Positions 28,301 through 36,184 of a stretch of DNA of 64,000 bases are shown piece by piece. The position numbers were made by a program, and so were the translations under genes. The stretch is from Candidatus Aphodosoma sp. (GTDB lineage Bacteria > Bacteroidota > Bacteroidia > Bacteroidales > Paludibacteraceae). Location of the stretch: NCBI GenBank assembly GCA_045643545.1, contig JAZUKZ010000037.1:2497-66496 (forward strand). Reading direction: 5' to 3'. The notes below the pieces were generated by a model that worked only from the letters and a program-made list of their open reading frames with translations, made no database searches and was not told the origin of the DNA. Each line of letters opens with the position of its first letter. Position 1 is the stretch's first letter.

Positions 28301-28348
28301 CTTGTGCTGACTGACAGACTGATAATCAGGAAGAAGAAAGAGAAATAA
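25325..28348 (+). CDS. MMPL/RND-superfamily exporter
   Basis: 1007 aa; 1+5 and 1+5 TM bundles by hydrophobicity. Start overlaps the upstream stop (TAATG). Confidence 0.7.
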   Translation: MNNFFVRFRIYLLVLTLVGGAVCGLMIPRVNINTDMTKYLPNKSQMRKGLEIITEEFGDKTEMSTPDVRVMFSGLSEEQKKETLERLKAEPEVTSVRVSEKDVYTLYEMGVIKIIDQREFGAQIKENYDRVNVVETSHDGSAADTTMLIIAVVLLLTILFIMCKSWTEPVLFILSTGVAVLINLGSNALLESVSMTTNSIVAVLQLVLSMDYSIILANRYRQEKANFENKFDAMGEAVKRATPSVLSSAATTIVGLLVLVFMKLKIGEDLGVVLAKGVACSLLCNYTVLPTLLLGCDKLIDKTGKPTPHIATDKLANFSVKFRIPLAILFVGLIAGAYILHNKTVIRFSTNGVSQIDKIFPKKNTTVVMYDTEDEMKLPGMVDELMQDSGVELVISYPSILLRQYTTEQMIEAIKELQNLQKTQGGEVDSSMTASTEMLTDPMMKLVYYASHTAGEAKAFNFNEMADFVIEQSEDSTSLLSGKLNDDLRVKLDMFHEIMEMNNAAAEEAKAAKNHKVTKEEEKAEELTSVVDKAIDVQQDSASVEEQTTIPGYNKFTDVSLLTKPMGYEEMAEYLGMESGHAKLVYKMWGKKKSMMTPIQFVHYVSDDLFNRKLVSAMAKNEEKAELRRLVGIMDNALAHPGEVVADKVIEENGQTPVYHAAAQDSVAPVVMPSLSMKGSSAAIRRLNNMFNADKEYASAELQEIVKGFGEELDPWMVDLLYLYYGSYKDYDSTWTMSLEQMVVFIADTILADQRFDAFIDDGVRDDFGNMKEQMVSQFSMMRGDEHSLAVVISDYKDESSETYAFMDKLDKMCKSRLGEDNYCFVGESAMFTEMKNGFDKEMKQLTWLTIIVIFLIVALTFRSLIIPTILVMTIMTAVFVNVAFSGVGGNTLLYLAYLIVQSILMGATIDYGILFTNCYKESRQAMDVKEAVGAAYKSSIATIMTSGLIMIIAPAVLAMTITDVTISDILQSISIGALAAVLLILFVLPSMLVLTDRLIIRKKKEK

Positions 28349-28379
28349 AAAAATGCTCCACTGAAAACCAGTGAAGCAT
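28345..28379 (-). terminator. terminator downstream of tRNA-Ser (also faces the MMPL 3' end)
   Basis: ATGCTCCACTG / CAGTGAAGCAT stem (1 mismatch), loop AAAAC; a T-run follows on the minus strand. Confidence 0.55.
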
Positions 28380-28385
28380 CTGAGG

Positions 28386-28472
28386 CGGAAAGAGAGGGAT
28401 TCGAACCCCCGGAACAGTTACCCGTTCACCGCATTTCGAGTGCGGCCCGATCGACCACTCCGGCATCTTTCC
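28386..28472 (-). tRNA. tRNA-Ser (anticodon CGA)
   Basis: 87 nt. Acceptor GGAAAGA/TCTTTCC, anticodon arm CCGCA-CUCGAAA-UGCGG, long variable arm, GTTCGAATC T-loop, discriminator G, no encoded CCA. Confidence 0.9.
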
Positions 28473-28483
28473 GAAAGCGAGTG

Positions 28484-28491
28484 CAAAGGTA
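28484..28491 (-). promoter_or_regulatory. -7 box TAccTTTG (minus strand) for tRNA-Ser
   Basis: Plus-strand CAAAGGTA, 12 nt upstream of the tRNA 5' end. Confidence 0.5.
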
Positions 28492-28558
28492 CAACTATTT
28501 TTTCATGTAGCAAAAGAAAAAAGAGATTTTTTTTCTTGCTGTTTTGAGGGGTGTATGG

Positions 28559-28623
28559 GGCTCGTTAATGTTACGGCAATGTTACGGCAATGCTACGGAG
28601 CGGGGTTGGATGGGAGGTTTTTG
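28559..28623 (+). repeat. F1 intergenic element copy 2 (three iterons)
   Basis: GGCTCGTTAATGTTACGGCAATGTTACGGCAATGCTACGGAGCGGGGTTGGATGGGAGGTTTTTG. Preceded by GTGTATGG, which resembles the F2 core 3' end. Confidence 0.9.
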
Positions 28624-28673
28624 TGGGGAGTCGGAGTTTAAGGAATATTAATTGTATAATAAATAGAAGAATT

Positions 28674-31517
28674 ATGTCAAATTCATTTTCACGTCGCCAT
28701 ATCGGTATTACCGAGCGCGACCTGCCAAAGATGCTTGAGGTAGTAGGTGTGAAATCGCTTGATGAGCTGATTGACCAGACTTTGCCTCAGAACATTCGTC
28801 TGCCAAAGCCAATGGATCTGCCAGAGCCAATGAGCGAGCAGGAGTTTTTAGTACATATCCACGAGTTGGCTCAGAAGAACAAGATTGCTGACAACTATAT
28901 CGGTCTTGGATATTATGGTGTGGCTGTTCCATCGGTTATTTTGAGGAATATTTTTGAGAATCCTGTATGGTATACTTCCTATACTCCATACCAGGCTGAG
29001 ATTTCGCAGGGCCGTCTGGAGGCTTTGCTGAATTTCCAGACTATGACTTCGGACATCACCGGTCTGGCGCTTGCCAACTGCTCGTTGCTTGATGAGGCTA
29101 CTGCTGCTGCAGAGGCTATGACTATGATGATGGCTTTGAGGAGCCGTGATCAGCAGAAGACTGGCGTTCATACTTTGTTTGTGGACAAGAATATTTTCCC
29201 TCAGACTCTTGATGTTATTAAGACTCGTTCGATGCCTCAGGGTATTGATGTGATTGTGGCTGATTATAAGACATTTGACTTCTCAACTCCTGTGTTCGGC
29301 GCTATTCTGCAGTATCCTGCTGCTGACGGTAGCATCAATGATTACCGTGAGTTCACCGCTAAGTGTCATGAGAATGGATGTAAGGTGGCTGTGGCTGCTG
29401 ACCTGATGGCTCTTGTTTTGCTTTGCCCTCCAGGTGAGTGGGGTGCTGATATCTGTTTCGGTACTACTCAGCGTTTCGGCATGCCTTTGTATTTCGGTGG
29501 TCCAAGTGCTGCTTATTTTGCTACTCTTGAGGAGAACAAGCGTTTCATTCCAGGCCGTCTGATCGGTATTTCTAAGGATGTGAACGAGAAGCCTGCTCTT
29601 CGTCTGGCTTTGCAGAGCCGCGAGCAGCATATCAAGAGAGAGAAGGCTCTTTCGAATATCTGTACTGCTCAGGCGTTGCCTGCAATCATGGCTGGTTTCT
29701 ATGCTATGTATCATGGTAATGACGGTTTGAATGAGATTGCGAATACTATTCATGCTAAGGCTGTTATTTTGGCCAATGAGCTTGTAGCTATGGGTTGCAA
29801 GCAGTTGAATGAGTATTATTTTGATACTATCCGCATTCAGTTGCCTGCAGGTAAGTCGACAATGAAGCTGAAGGAGATTGCTGAGGCTAATCTTGTGAAT
29901 TTCAGATATATGGAGGATGGCATCGTGGGTATCTCTACAGATGAGCTCACTACTCAGGAGGGTATGCTCAAGGTGATGGCTATCTTTGCGAAGGCTTTGG
30001 ATGCTAAAGTTCCTGAGAAACTTCAGGACATCAAGGTTGAGGCTATTCCTGCAGAGCTGACTCGTCAGACACCTGCTTTGCATCATAAGATTTTTGAGCT
30101 CTATCATACAGAGACTGAGATGATGCGTTATATGAAGCAGCTTGACCGCAAGGATATCTCGCTTGCTCATACGATGATTTCTTTGGGTTCTTGTACTATG
30201 AAGCTTAATGCTGCTTCGGAGATGCTTCCTCTGTCATGGCAGGAGTTCACAGGCATTCACCCATTTGCTCCAGAGAGCCAGTGCCAGGGTTACAAAGAGA
30301 TGATTTCGAATTTGGAGTCTTATCTCTGCGCAATCACTGGTTTCAAGGGCTGTACTCTTCAGCCAAACTCTGGTGCTGCCGGTGAGTACACTGGTTTGAG
30401 AACTATCCGCCGTTATCAGGCTGACAACGGTCAGGGTCACAGAAATATCGTTCTTATCCCAGCTTCTGCTCACGGAACTAACCCTGCTTCAGCAGTTCAG
30501 TGTGGTTTCCAGGTTGTTGTGACTGCTTGCGATGCAAACGGTAATGTCGATGTTGATGATATGAAGGCTAAGGCAGAGCAGTATAAAGACAATTTGGCTG
30601 CTTTGATGATTACTTATCCATCTACTCATGGTATTTTCGAGCCTGAGATCAAGAAGATCTGCGAGATTATCCATGCTGCCGGCGGTCAGGTTTATATGGA
30701 TGGTGCCAACATGAACGGTCAGGTAGGTTTGACCAGTCCTGGTTTCATCGGTGCTGATGTTTGCCATTTGAACTTGCACAAGACATTTGCTTCTCCTCAC
30801 GGAGGTGGCGGTCCTGGCGTTGGCCCTATCTGTGTGGCTGAGCATCTTGTTAAATATTTGCCATCACACAATTATATTGATCCTAAGAATCCTAATACTG
30901 CAGTGGCTTCTTCACCTTGGGGTTCGGCAGGTATTTTGCCAATCACTTACGGTTATATCCGCATGATGGGTGCTGAAGGTCTCGCAGAGGCAACAAAGAC
31001 TGCTATCCTTTCGGCTAACTACCTGACAAAGCGTCTTGAAAAGACTTACGGTATTGTTTATACTGGTGTTACTGGTCGCGTCGGCCATGAGATGATTATG
31101 GACTGCCGTCACCTGAAGACTTATGCAGGTGTTGACGAGAGCGATGTTGCTAAGCGTATGATGGACTTCGGTTTCCATGCACCAACATTGTCGTTCCCAG
31201 TTCATGGAACATTGATGGTGGAGCCTACTGAGAGTGAGCCATTGGCAGAGCTCGACCGCTTCATCGATATGATGAACGTCATCCGCGATGAGATTGAGGC
31301 TATCCACAATGGTGAGGCTGATCCAGAGGATAACGTTTTGAAGAATGCTCCACACCCTGATTATGTGATTGCAGCAGACGAGTGGAACCATAAGTATGGC
31401 CGCGAGAAAGCAGCATTCCCATTGCCATGGGTAAAAGAGAACAAGTTCTGGATCACTGTAGGTCGTGTAGACAACGGATTCGGTGACCGCAACTTGGTTT
31501 GCAACTGTTTGGAATAA
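28674..31517 (+). CDS. gcvP: glycine dehydrogenase (aminomethyl-transferring), single-chain P protein
   Basis: 948 aa from ATG 28674; typical MSNSFSRRHIG N-terminus and PLP region. The track extension from 28590 runs through the repeat and is not credible. Confidence 0.95.
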   Translation: MSNSFSRRHIGITERDLPKMLEVVGVKSLDELIDQTLPQNIRLPKPMDLPEPMSEQEFLVHIHELAQKNKIADNYIGLGYYGVAVPSVILRNIFENPVWYTSYTPYQAEISQGRLEALLNFQTMTSDITGLALANCSLLDEATAAAEAMTMMMALRSRDQQKTGVHTLFVDKNIFPQTLDVIKTRSMPQGIDVIVADYKTFDFSTPVFGAILQYPAADGSINDYREFTAKCHENGCKVAVAADLMALVLLCPPGEWGADICFGTTQRFGMPLYFGGPSAAYFATLEENKRFIPGRLIGISKDVNEKPALRLALQSREQHIKREKALSNICTAQALPAIMAGFYAMYHGNDGLNEIANTIHAKAVILANELVAMGCKQLNEYYFDTIRIQLPAGKSTMKLKEIAEANLVNFRYMEDGIVGISTDELTTQEGMLKVMAIFAKALDAKVPEKLQDIKVEAIPAELTRQTPALHHKIFELYHTETEMMRYMKQLDRKDISLAHTMISLGSCTMKLNAASEMLPLSWQEFTGIHPFAPESQCQGYKEMISNLESYLCAITGFKGCTLQPNSGAAGEYTGLRTIRRYQADNGQGHRNIVLIPASAHGTNPASAVQCGFQVVVTACDANGNVDVDDMKAKAEQYKDNLAALMITYPSTHGIFEPEIKKICEIIHAAGGQVYMDGANMNGQVGLTSPGFIGADVCHLNLHKTFASPHGGGGPGVGPICVAEHLVKYLPSHNYIDPKNPNTAVASSPWGSAGILPITYGYIRMMGAEGLAEATKTAILSANYLTKRLEKTYGIVYTGVTGRVGHEMIMDCRHLKTYAGVDESDVAKRMMDFGFHAPTLSFPVHGTLMVEPTESEPLAELDRFIDMMNVIRDEIEAIHNGEADPEDNVLKNAPHPDYVIAADEWNHKYGREKAAFPLPWVKENKFWITVGRVDNGFGDRNLVCNCLE

Positions 31518-31536
31518 TACATAAATCAAGGGATTA

Positions 31537-31575
31537 GGCGGAGGACGGATTTGTCCTCTGCCAAGTCCTTTTCTT
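31537..31575 (+). terminator. hairpin after gcvP
   Basis: GGCGGAGGAC / GTCCTCTGCC (one G-U pair); weak T-rich tail. Confidence 0.4.
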
Positions 31576-31578
31576 ATA

Positions 31579-32928
31579 ATGAAAGAATTAGGAACTGCGC
31601 CAATAGGCAAACTGCTTCGCCAATACGCCATACCATCGATTGTGGCGATGACTGCTTCGTCGCTGTACAATATGGTGGATTCCGTGTTTATCGGTCATAT
31701 TCCAGGAGTTGGAATGATGGCCTTGGGCGGTTTGGCTGTGACATTTCCTTTTATGAATCTGGCGGCTGCTTTCGGTTCCTTGGTCGGAGTCGGAACCAGT
31801 ACCATGATTTCTGTAAAATTAGGGCAGAAAGATTATGAAACAGCCCGCCGGGTATTGGGTAATGTGGTATCGCTTAACCTGATAATCGGAATAGTGTTCA
31901 TGACAATATCATTGCTCTTTTTGGAGCCTATTTTGAGGTTTTTTGGAGCGAGTGATGGAACTTTGCCATACGCTGTAGAGTATATGAAGATAATACTTTA
32001 TGGTAATGTGGTGACACACATGTATTTAGGACTCAACTCATCGTCCAGGGCAGTAGGTTCGCCGAAACGGGCAATGTGGGCAACGATTTTGACGGTGTGC
32101 CTCAATGCCTGCCTTGACCCATTGTTTATTTTTGTTTTCGGAATGGGTATCAAAGGCGCGGCTATCGCAACAATTCTGGCGCAGATAGTGTCGTTGTCGT
32201 GGCTGCTGGTGGAATTCTCCAAGCCAACGACAGACGTTCATTTTGAGTTGAAGAACCTGAAGCCTGTGTCTCATATAGTTAGAAAATCATTGTCGATCGG
32301 TTTGTCGCCATTTCTTATGAATGCGGCGGCTTGCGTGATCGTAATATTTATAAACAGAGGACTTCTGTACCATGGCGGTGATGTGGCGATTGCTGCTTAC
32401 GGAGTGATAAACCGAGTGATATTTGTCGTGGTGATGATAGTGCTTGGTTTCAACCAGGGAATGCAGCCAATAGCCGGTTACAATTTCGGTGCGAGAAAGA
32501 TGGACCGACTCTACGAAGTGCTGAAGAGGACAATCTACAGTGCGACAATCGTGACTACAGTTGCATTTTTGATTTGCGAGCTCATACCTCAGTATGTGGC
32601 GAGAATCTTCACGCAAGACCAGGAATTAATAAATGTGTCGGTGCATGGGATGAGGATTGTGGCGATGGTGATGCCGATAGTGGGATTCTCAATGGTGGCG
32701 TCGAACTTTTTCCAGAGCATTGGCCATGCTGGCAAGAGTATATTCCTCTCACTTACGAGACAGATAATATTCCTGTTGCCAATGCTGCTGATATTGCCGC
32801 GTTATTTCGGATTTGATGGAATATGGTATTCGATGCCAGCGTCGGATTTGGCGGCATTCATCACATCTGCATTAGTGATGTGGTATTATCTGAAATTCAG
32901 GAAAGACAAACTAATCAATACGTTATGA
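31579..32928 (+). CDS. MATE-family efflux transporter
   Basis: 449 aa, 12 TMs, N-terminal PIGKLLRQYAIPSIVAM typical of MATE. Confidence 0.85.
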   Translation: MKELGTAPIGKLLRQYAIPSIVAMTASSLYNMVDSVFIGHIPGVGMMALGGLAVTFPFMNLAAAFGSLVGVGTSTMISVKLGQKDYETARRVLGNVVSLNLIIGIVFMTISLLFLEPILRFFGASDGTLPYAVEYMKIILYGNVVTHMYLGLNSSSRAVGSPKRAMWATILTVCLNACLDPLFIFVFGMGIKGAAIATILAQIVSLSWLLVEFSKPTTDVHFELKNLKPVSHIVRKSLSIGLSPFLMNAAACVIVIFINRGLLYHGGDVAIAAYGVINRVIFVVVMIVLGFNQGMQPIAGYNFGARKMDRLYEVLKRTIYSATIVTTVAFLICELIPQYVARIFTQDQELINVSVHGMRIVAMVMPIVGFSMVASNFFQSIGHAGKSIFLSLTRQIIFLLPMLLILPRYFGFDGIWYSMPASDLAAFITSALVMWYYLKFRKDKLINTL

Positions 32929-33542
32929 TACTAACTATTGGGCGTCAATTAGGAGCCGGAGGTCTAGAAGTAGGCAAAAAGGTTGCCGAAGCAACTGGAA
33001 TGAAGTTCTTCGACAGAGAGATTCTTGATGAGGCGGCAAGACAGTCGGGACTCAGCACAGAATGCTTCCAAAGAGCAGATGAAAAGTCGAAACACTCTCT
33101 TGGAGTAGGCATTTTCGGAATGAGATTTCCGTTCATCAATGAGGCCAGCAATGTGAGTGGCAATGCATTGTCGAATGACAAACTCTTTCAGATGCAGAGT
33201 GAGACAATTGAGATGCTTGCGGAGAAATACAAAGAAGAGGGAACTATATTTGTCGGGCGATGCGCCAACTATGTGCTTAGAGAGCATGAAGACATGCGTT
33301 CTGTATTTTTGACGGCGAGCACTGAGGACAGAGTTCGCAGGATAGTGGAGCGTCGTCAATGCACAGAGGAAGAGGCCTATGCGATGATAAAAAAGATAGA
33401 GGGACAGAGGAAGGCGTATTTTGATTATTATGCATCGCGAACATGGGGAAAGGCTTCGTCTTATCACATGTGTCTGAACACCTCGGTGCTTGGCATGGAG
33501 ACGTGTGTAGATATGATTTTGCAAATTCTTGGTAAAAAATAA
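32925..33542 (+). CDS. cytidylate-kinase-like family protein
   Basis: MILTIGRQLGAGGLEVGKKVAE N-terminus; ATG overlaps the MATE stop (ATGA). Confidence 0.7.
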   Translation: MILTIGRQLGAGGLEVGKKVAEATGMKFFDREILDEAARQSGLSTECFQRADEKSKHSLGVGIFGMRFPFINEASNVSGNALSNDKLFQMQSETIEMLAEKYKEEGTIFVGRCANYVLREHEDMRSVFLTASTEDRVRRIVERRQCTEEEAYAMIKKIEGQRKAYFDYYASRTWGKASSYHMCLNTSVLGMETCVDMILQILGKK

Positions 33543-33564
33543 GTGCTGTAAGAAAAATTATTAT

Positions 33565-33572
33565 TAAATTTG
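33565..33572 (+). promoter_or_regulatory. -7 box TAaaTTTG ahead of the TonB-like gene
   Basis: TAAATTTG, 22 nt before the ATG at 33594. Confidence 0.4.
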
Positions 33573-33593
33573 CAGCCGAAAAATTTGAAAGTT

Positions 33594-34199
33594 ATGAAAA
33601 TACAGAAAATTCTGCTAATTGCCGTATTGGCAATGCTTTGCTCGTTTGGCGAGGCTTTGGTAACAGCATGTTACGCAGCGACACCAGAGGTTACTGCGAT
33701 TATGAAAAAGAAGAAAAAGAAATCTTCTTCAAGCAAGAAAGTTGATAAAGGAACAACTAGGACAGTTGTAGGCTATGTTTCGCAGGTCCATGAGAAGACC
33801 CCTGAAGAGATAAAAGCAGAGCAGGACAGCATTGCAAAAGTAAGAGCAGAGTTCCTGGCAAACGACTCAGTTTACACTGCTGTAGAGGTTAAGCCAGAGT
33901 TCCCAGGCGGCGAGGATGCTATGTATGAGTTCATCAACCAGAACCTGAAGTATCCAGATGATGCATTTGATGCAGGAATTCAGGGTTCTGTAGATTGCTA
34001 TCTCGTAGTTCGCAAAGATGGAACCATCACAGACGTCAAGGCTGTTACAGGCGCATGGGAGTCGTTGAAGGCAGAGGCGGTCCGCATTGTGGAGAGCATG
34101 CCGAACTGGACTCCAGGAATGCAGGATGGCGAGTATGTTTCTTATCGCCACAGAATTCGCATCATGTTCTTGAGAACAGGAAACCTTTCTGGCTATTGA
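33594..34199 (+). CDS. energy transducer TonB-family protein (C-terminal domain)
   Basis: EVKPEFPGGEDAMYEFINQNLKYP...GIQGSV motif block; poly-Lys/Ser linker. Confidence 0.8.
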   Translation: MKIQKILLIAVLAMLCSFGEALVTACYAATPEVTAIMKKKKKKSSSSKKVDKGTTRTVVGYVSQVHEKTPEEIKAEQDSIAKVRAEFLANDSVYTAVEVKPEFPGGEDAMYEFINQNLKYPDDAFDAGIQGSVDCYLVVRKDGTITDVKAVTGAWESLKAEAVRIVESMPNWTPGMQDGEYVSYRHRIRIMFLRTGNLSGY

Positions 34200-34229
34200 T
34201 AATTGTAAATCAGAGAATTGAATGATATG

Positions 34230-34256
34230 CGGGGGTGAAATACACTCCCGTTTTTT
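34230..34256 (+). terminator. rho-independent terminator after the TonB-like gene
   Basis: CGGGGGTG / CACTCCCG stem (one wobble pair), then TTTTTT. Confidence 0.6.
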
Positions 34257-34336
34257 AGAAAGTCAACTAAATAAAGAGATAAATTCAGCAAAAGAGATTA
34301 AACTTGTGGGCAATTAGATGTGTCTATTGTTCAGAC

Positions 34337-34963
34337 ATGAGGATAAGAAGATTTGTCATATTGGCTTTGATGCTGCTGGTGGCTGTGGGAAGTGCCAGCG
34401 CTAAATACAAATTCAAGTTCCATCCGTACAAGACAAGGTTGAACGAGAAAGGGGATACTTTGGTATACTGTGTAGTGAGTCATGGAGATACGATGCCGGT
34501 TTATGAGATAACCCAGTATTGGGTTTATCCGGTGCGCAAAATGACTAAGAAAGAGGAGAAAAAGTACTGGAGGATGGTTGCTGATGTAAAGAGAGCATTG
34601 CCAGTGGTGGATTACATTGAGAAAGTGATGATTCAGACAAATGACACTCTGATGAGAATGCCGACCAAGAAAGAGCGAGACAAGTATATGGCTCATTTTG
34701 AGAAGAAACTCTACAAAGAGAATTATGATGAGATGAGTCAGTTGACTCTGAGGCAGGGAATGCTTGTCATGAGACTGTTGGACAGAGATTTGAATGAGAC
34801 GTCCTATCAGTTGATAAAGGCTTACAGAGGAAGGTTCAGGGCTGGATTCTACCAGTTGTTTGCCAAGTTGCTCGGCGCAGACCTGAAGACGAAATTCGGA
34901 GATGCGAAAGATGACCCGATTTATGAGGAGATAATAAACAAGGTGGAGTCGGGGCAGTTGTAG
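34337..34963 (+). CDS. secreted protein, DUF4294-like
   Basis: Signal peptide; RLLDRDLNETSYQLIKAYRG segment recalled as DUF4294-like; ATG at 34337. Confidence 0.5.
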   Translation: MRIRRFVILALMLLVAVGSASAKYKFKFHPYKTRLNEKGDTLVYCVVSHGDTMPVYEITQYWVYPVRKMTKKEEKKYWRMVADVKRALPVVDYIEKVMIQTNDTLMRMPTKKERDKYMAHFEKKLYKENYDEMSQLTLRQGMLVMRLLDRDLNETSYQLIKAYRGRFRAGFYQLFAKLLGADLKTKFGDAKDDPIYEEIINKVESGQL

Positions 34964-35000
34964 AGGATTTTCTTTTTTGTTGGACTAATTATATACGAAC

Positions 35001-35040
35001 GGTGGGGTCGCGAAATGGCGATTCCACCTTTGTTTTTGTT
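35001..35040 (+). terminator. rho-independent terminator in a convergent gap
   Basis: GGTGGGGTCGC / GCGATTCCACC (two G-U pairs), then TTTGTTTTTGTT. Confidence 0.55.
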
Positions 35041-35043
35041 TTT

Positions 35044-36030
35044 TCAGAGCAGTTCGTAGTTTTTGGATCTGAGTATTTCGGTGAGGAGAGGGCGGTTGTC
35101 GGCATCCTCGAGGTCAGTGGAGACCTTGTTGTTGTAGAGAGAGTAGTTCTTGCGTGCCAGGGATGGCGAGAGATTTGGCATTATGACATTCGCTCCAGCC
35201 TCGAAAGCGCGGATGCGTATGTCGATTGGGTCGGTTCCGTCAGGACAGATAGATGCCAGCGCCGTGGTGGCCGGAATGTTTGCCTCTGGAAGAAGAATCC
35301 GGACTATTGAGATTAGTCGGAGCGAGGTAAGGAGCTCTCCGTCAGGGTATTCTGCGAAAAGAGTGTTTTGTGCGTGGATGAAAGGTCCCATGCCCACCAT
35401 ATCAGGTTTCAGTTTGCTGAGGAACTGGACGTCGGCGACAAGATCGTCGATTGTCTGGAAAGGAGCGCCAATCATCATGCCGGCGCCTATTTCGAAACCT
35501 ATTTTCCTGAGATTGAGAAGGCAGTTGATTCGATTTTCGAGCGACATGTTGCGAGGGTGGAGCCGGCCGTAGAGGTCGGGTGATGCGGCTTCGTGGCGGA
35601 GGAGATAGCGCTTGGCTCCGGCTTCGTGCCAGAGTCTGTAGTCACATTCTGGGCGTTCACCCAGGGAGAGTGTGATGGTGATTTGGGGGTATAGAGAATG
35701 GATTTCGGATACGATGTCGGCGATGAATTCTGCGGAATGGAGTGGGTCCTCGCCACCTTGGAGGACGAAAGTGCGGAATCCCAGTTTTACGCCCCGGTGG
35801 CAGCATTCGAGAATTTCTTCTTTGGTCAGGCGGAATCGGCAGACGTCAAAGTTGGCGGAGCGTATGCCGCAGTAGAGACAATTGTTGCGGCAGAAATTGG
35901 ATATCTCGATGAGTCCGCGGGCGTGGATTTTGTTTCCGTGAAAAGCGTGACGGACCTCCGCTGCTTTGGCGAAAAGAGCATCGTCGGAGCGGCCAAGCAA
36001 AAAGTCGCGAATTTCGTTATCGGAGAACAT
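35044..36030 (-). CDS. hydE: radical SAM protein, [FeFe]-hydrogenase maturase HydE type
   Basis: EISNFCRNNCLYCGIR CxxxCxxC motif at the HydE-typical position. ATG 36030 preferred over track start 36231. Confidence 0.65.
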   Translation of the reverse strand: MFSDNEIRDFLLGRSDDALFAKAAEVRHAFHGNKIHARGLIEISNFCRNNCLYCGIRSANFDVCRFRLTKEEILECCHRGVKLGFRTFVLQGGEDPLHSAEFIADIVSEIHSLYPQITITLSLGERPECDYRLWHEAGAKRYLLRHEAASPDLYGRLHPRNMSLENRINCLLNLRKIGFEIGAGMMIGAPFQTIDDLVADVQFLSKLKPDMVGMGPFIHAQNTLFAEYPDGELLTSLRLISIVRILLPEANIPATTALASICPDGTDPIDIRIRAFEAGANVIMPNLSPSLARKNYSLYNNKVSTDLEDADNRPLLTEILRSKNYELL

Positions 36031-36052
36031 AATTATTGTATTTGTAACTATT

Positions 36053-36100
36053 TGATTCTCAATGCATACCCTGTATGGAACAGGTATGGAATTTGTAGTT
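36053..36100 (+). repeat. F2 intergenic element copy A
   Basis: TGATTCTCAATGCATACCCTGTATGG (36053-36078) plus AACAGGTATGGAATTTGTAG. Confidence 0.85.
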
Positions 36101-36101
36101 G

Positions 36102-36109
36102 CAAAGGTA
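36102..36109 (-). promoter_or_regulatory. -7 box TAccTTTG (minus strand) ahead of hydE
   Basis: Plus-strand CAAAGGTA; F2 copy A would then lie in the hydE leader, antisense. Confidence 0.4.
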
Positions 36110-36153
36110 GTGATTTTTTTGAGAAAAAGTGGAAAAGTTTGGGAAAAAAGTTG

Positions 36154-36161
36154 TAAATTTG
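36154..36161 (+). promoter_or_regulatory. -7 box TAaaTTTG ahead of the HAD phosphatase gene
   Basis: TAAATTTG, 24 nt before the ATG at 36185. Confidence 0.4.
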
Positions 36162-36184
36162 CGGGTTGAAAAATTGAATTTTGA

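Noticed and set aside
28480-28673. Looked for a glycine riboswitch ahead of gcvP
   Set aside because: No GGAGAG...ACCGAAGGGGCAA-type conserved cores are present. The region is occupied by the tRNA-Ser promoter and F1 copy 2.
28590-28673. ORF-track N-terminal extensions: gcvP from 28590, lipoprotein from 24057, hydE from 36231, NifU-like from 46746, cmk-like from 32823
   Set aside because: The extensions run through intergenic repeats or promoter boxes, or overlap upstream genes. Internal ATGs give canonical family N-termini or signal peptides.
36052-36156. A frame through the F2 cores reads LILNA(Y/C)PVW in all four copies, with the variable dinucleotide giving TAT/TAC/TGC/TGT
   Set aside because: The variation consists only of transitions. 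No copy has an in-frame start upstream (copy B is preceded by a stop at 49662-49664 with no ATG after it), and the downstream peptides are unrelated. DNA- or RNA-level conservation is the simpler reading.
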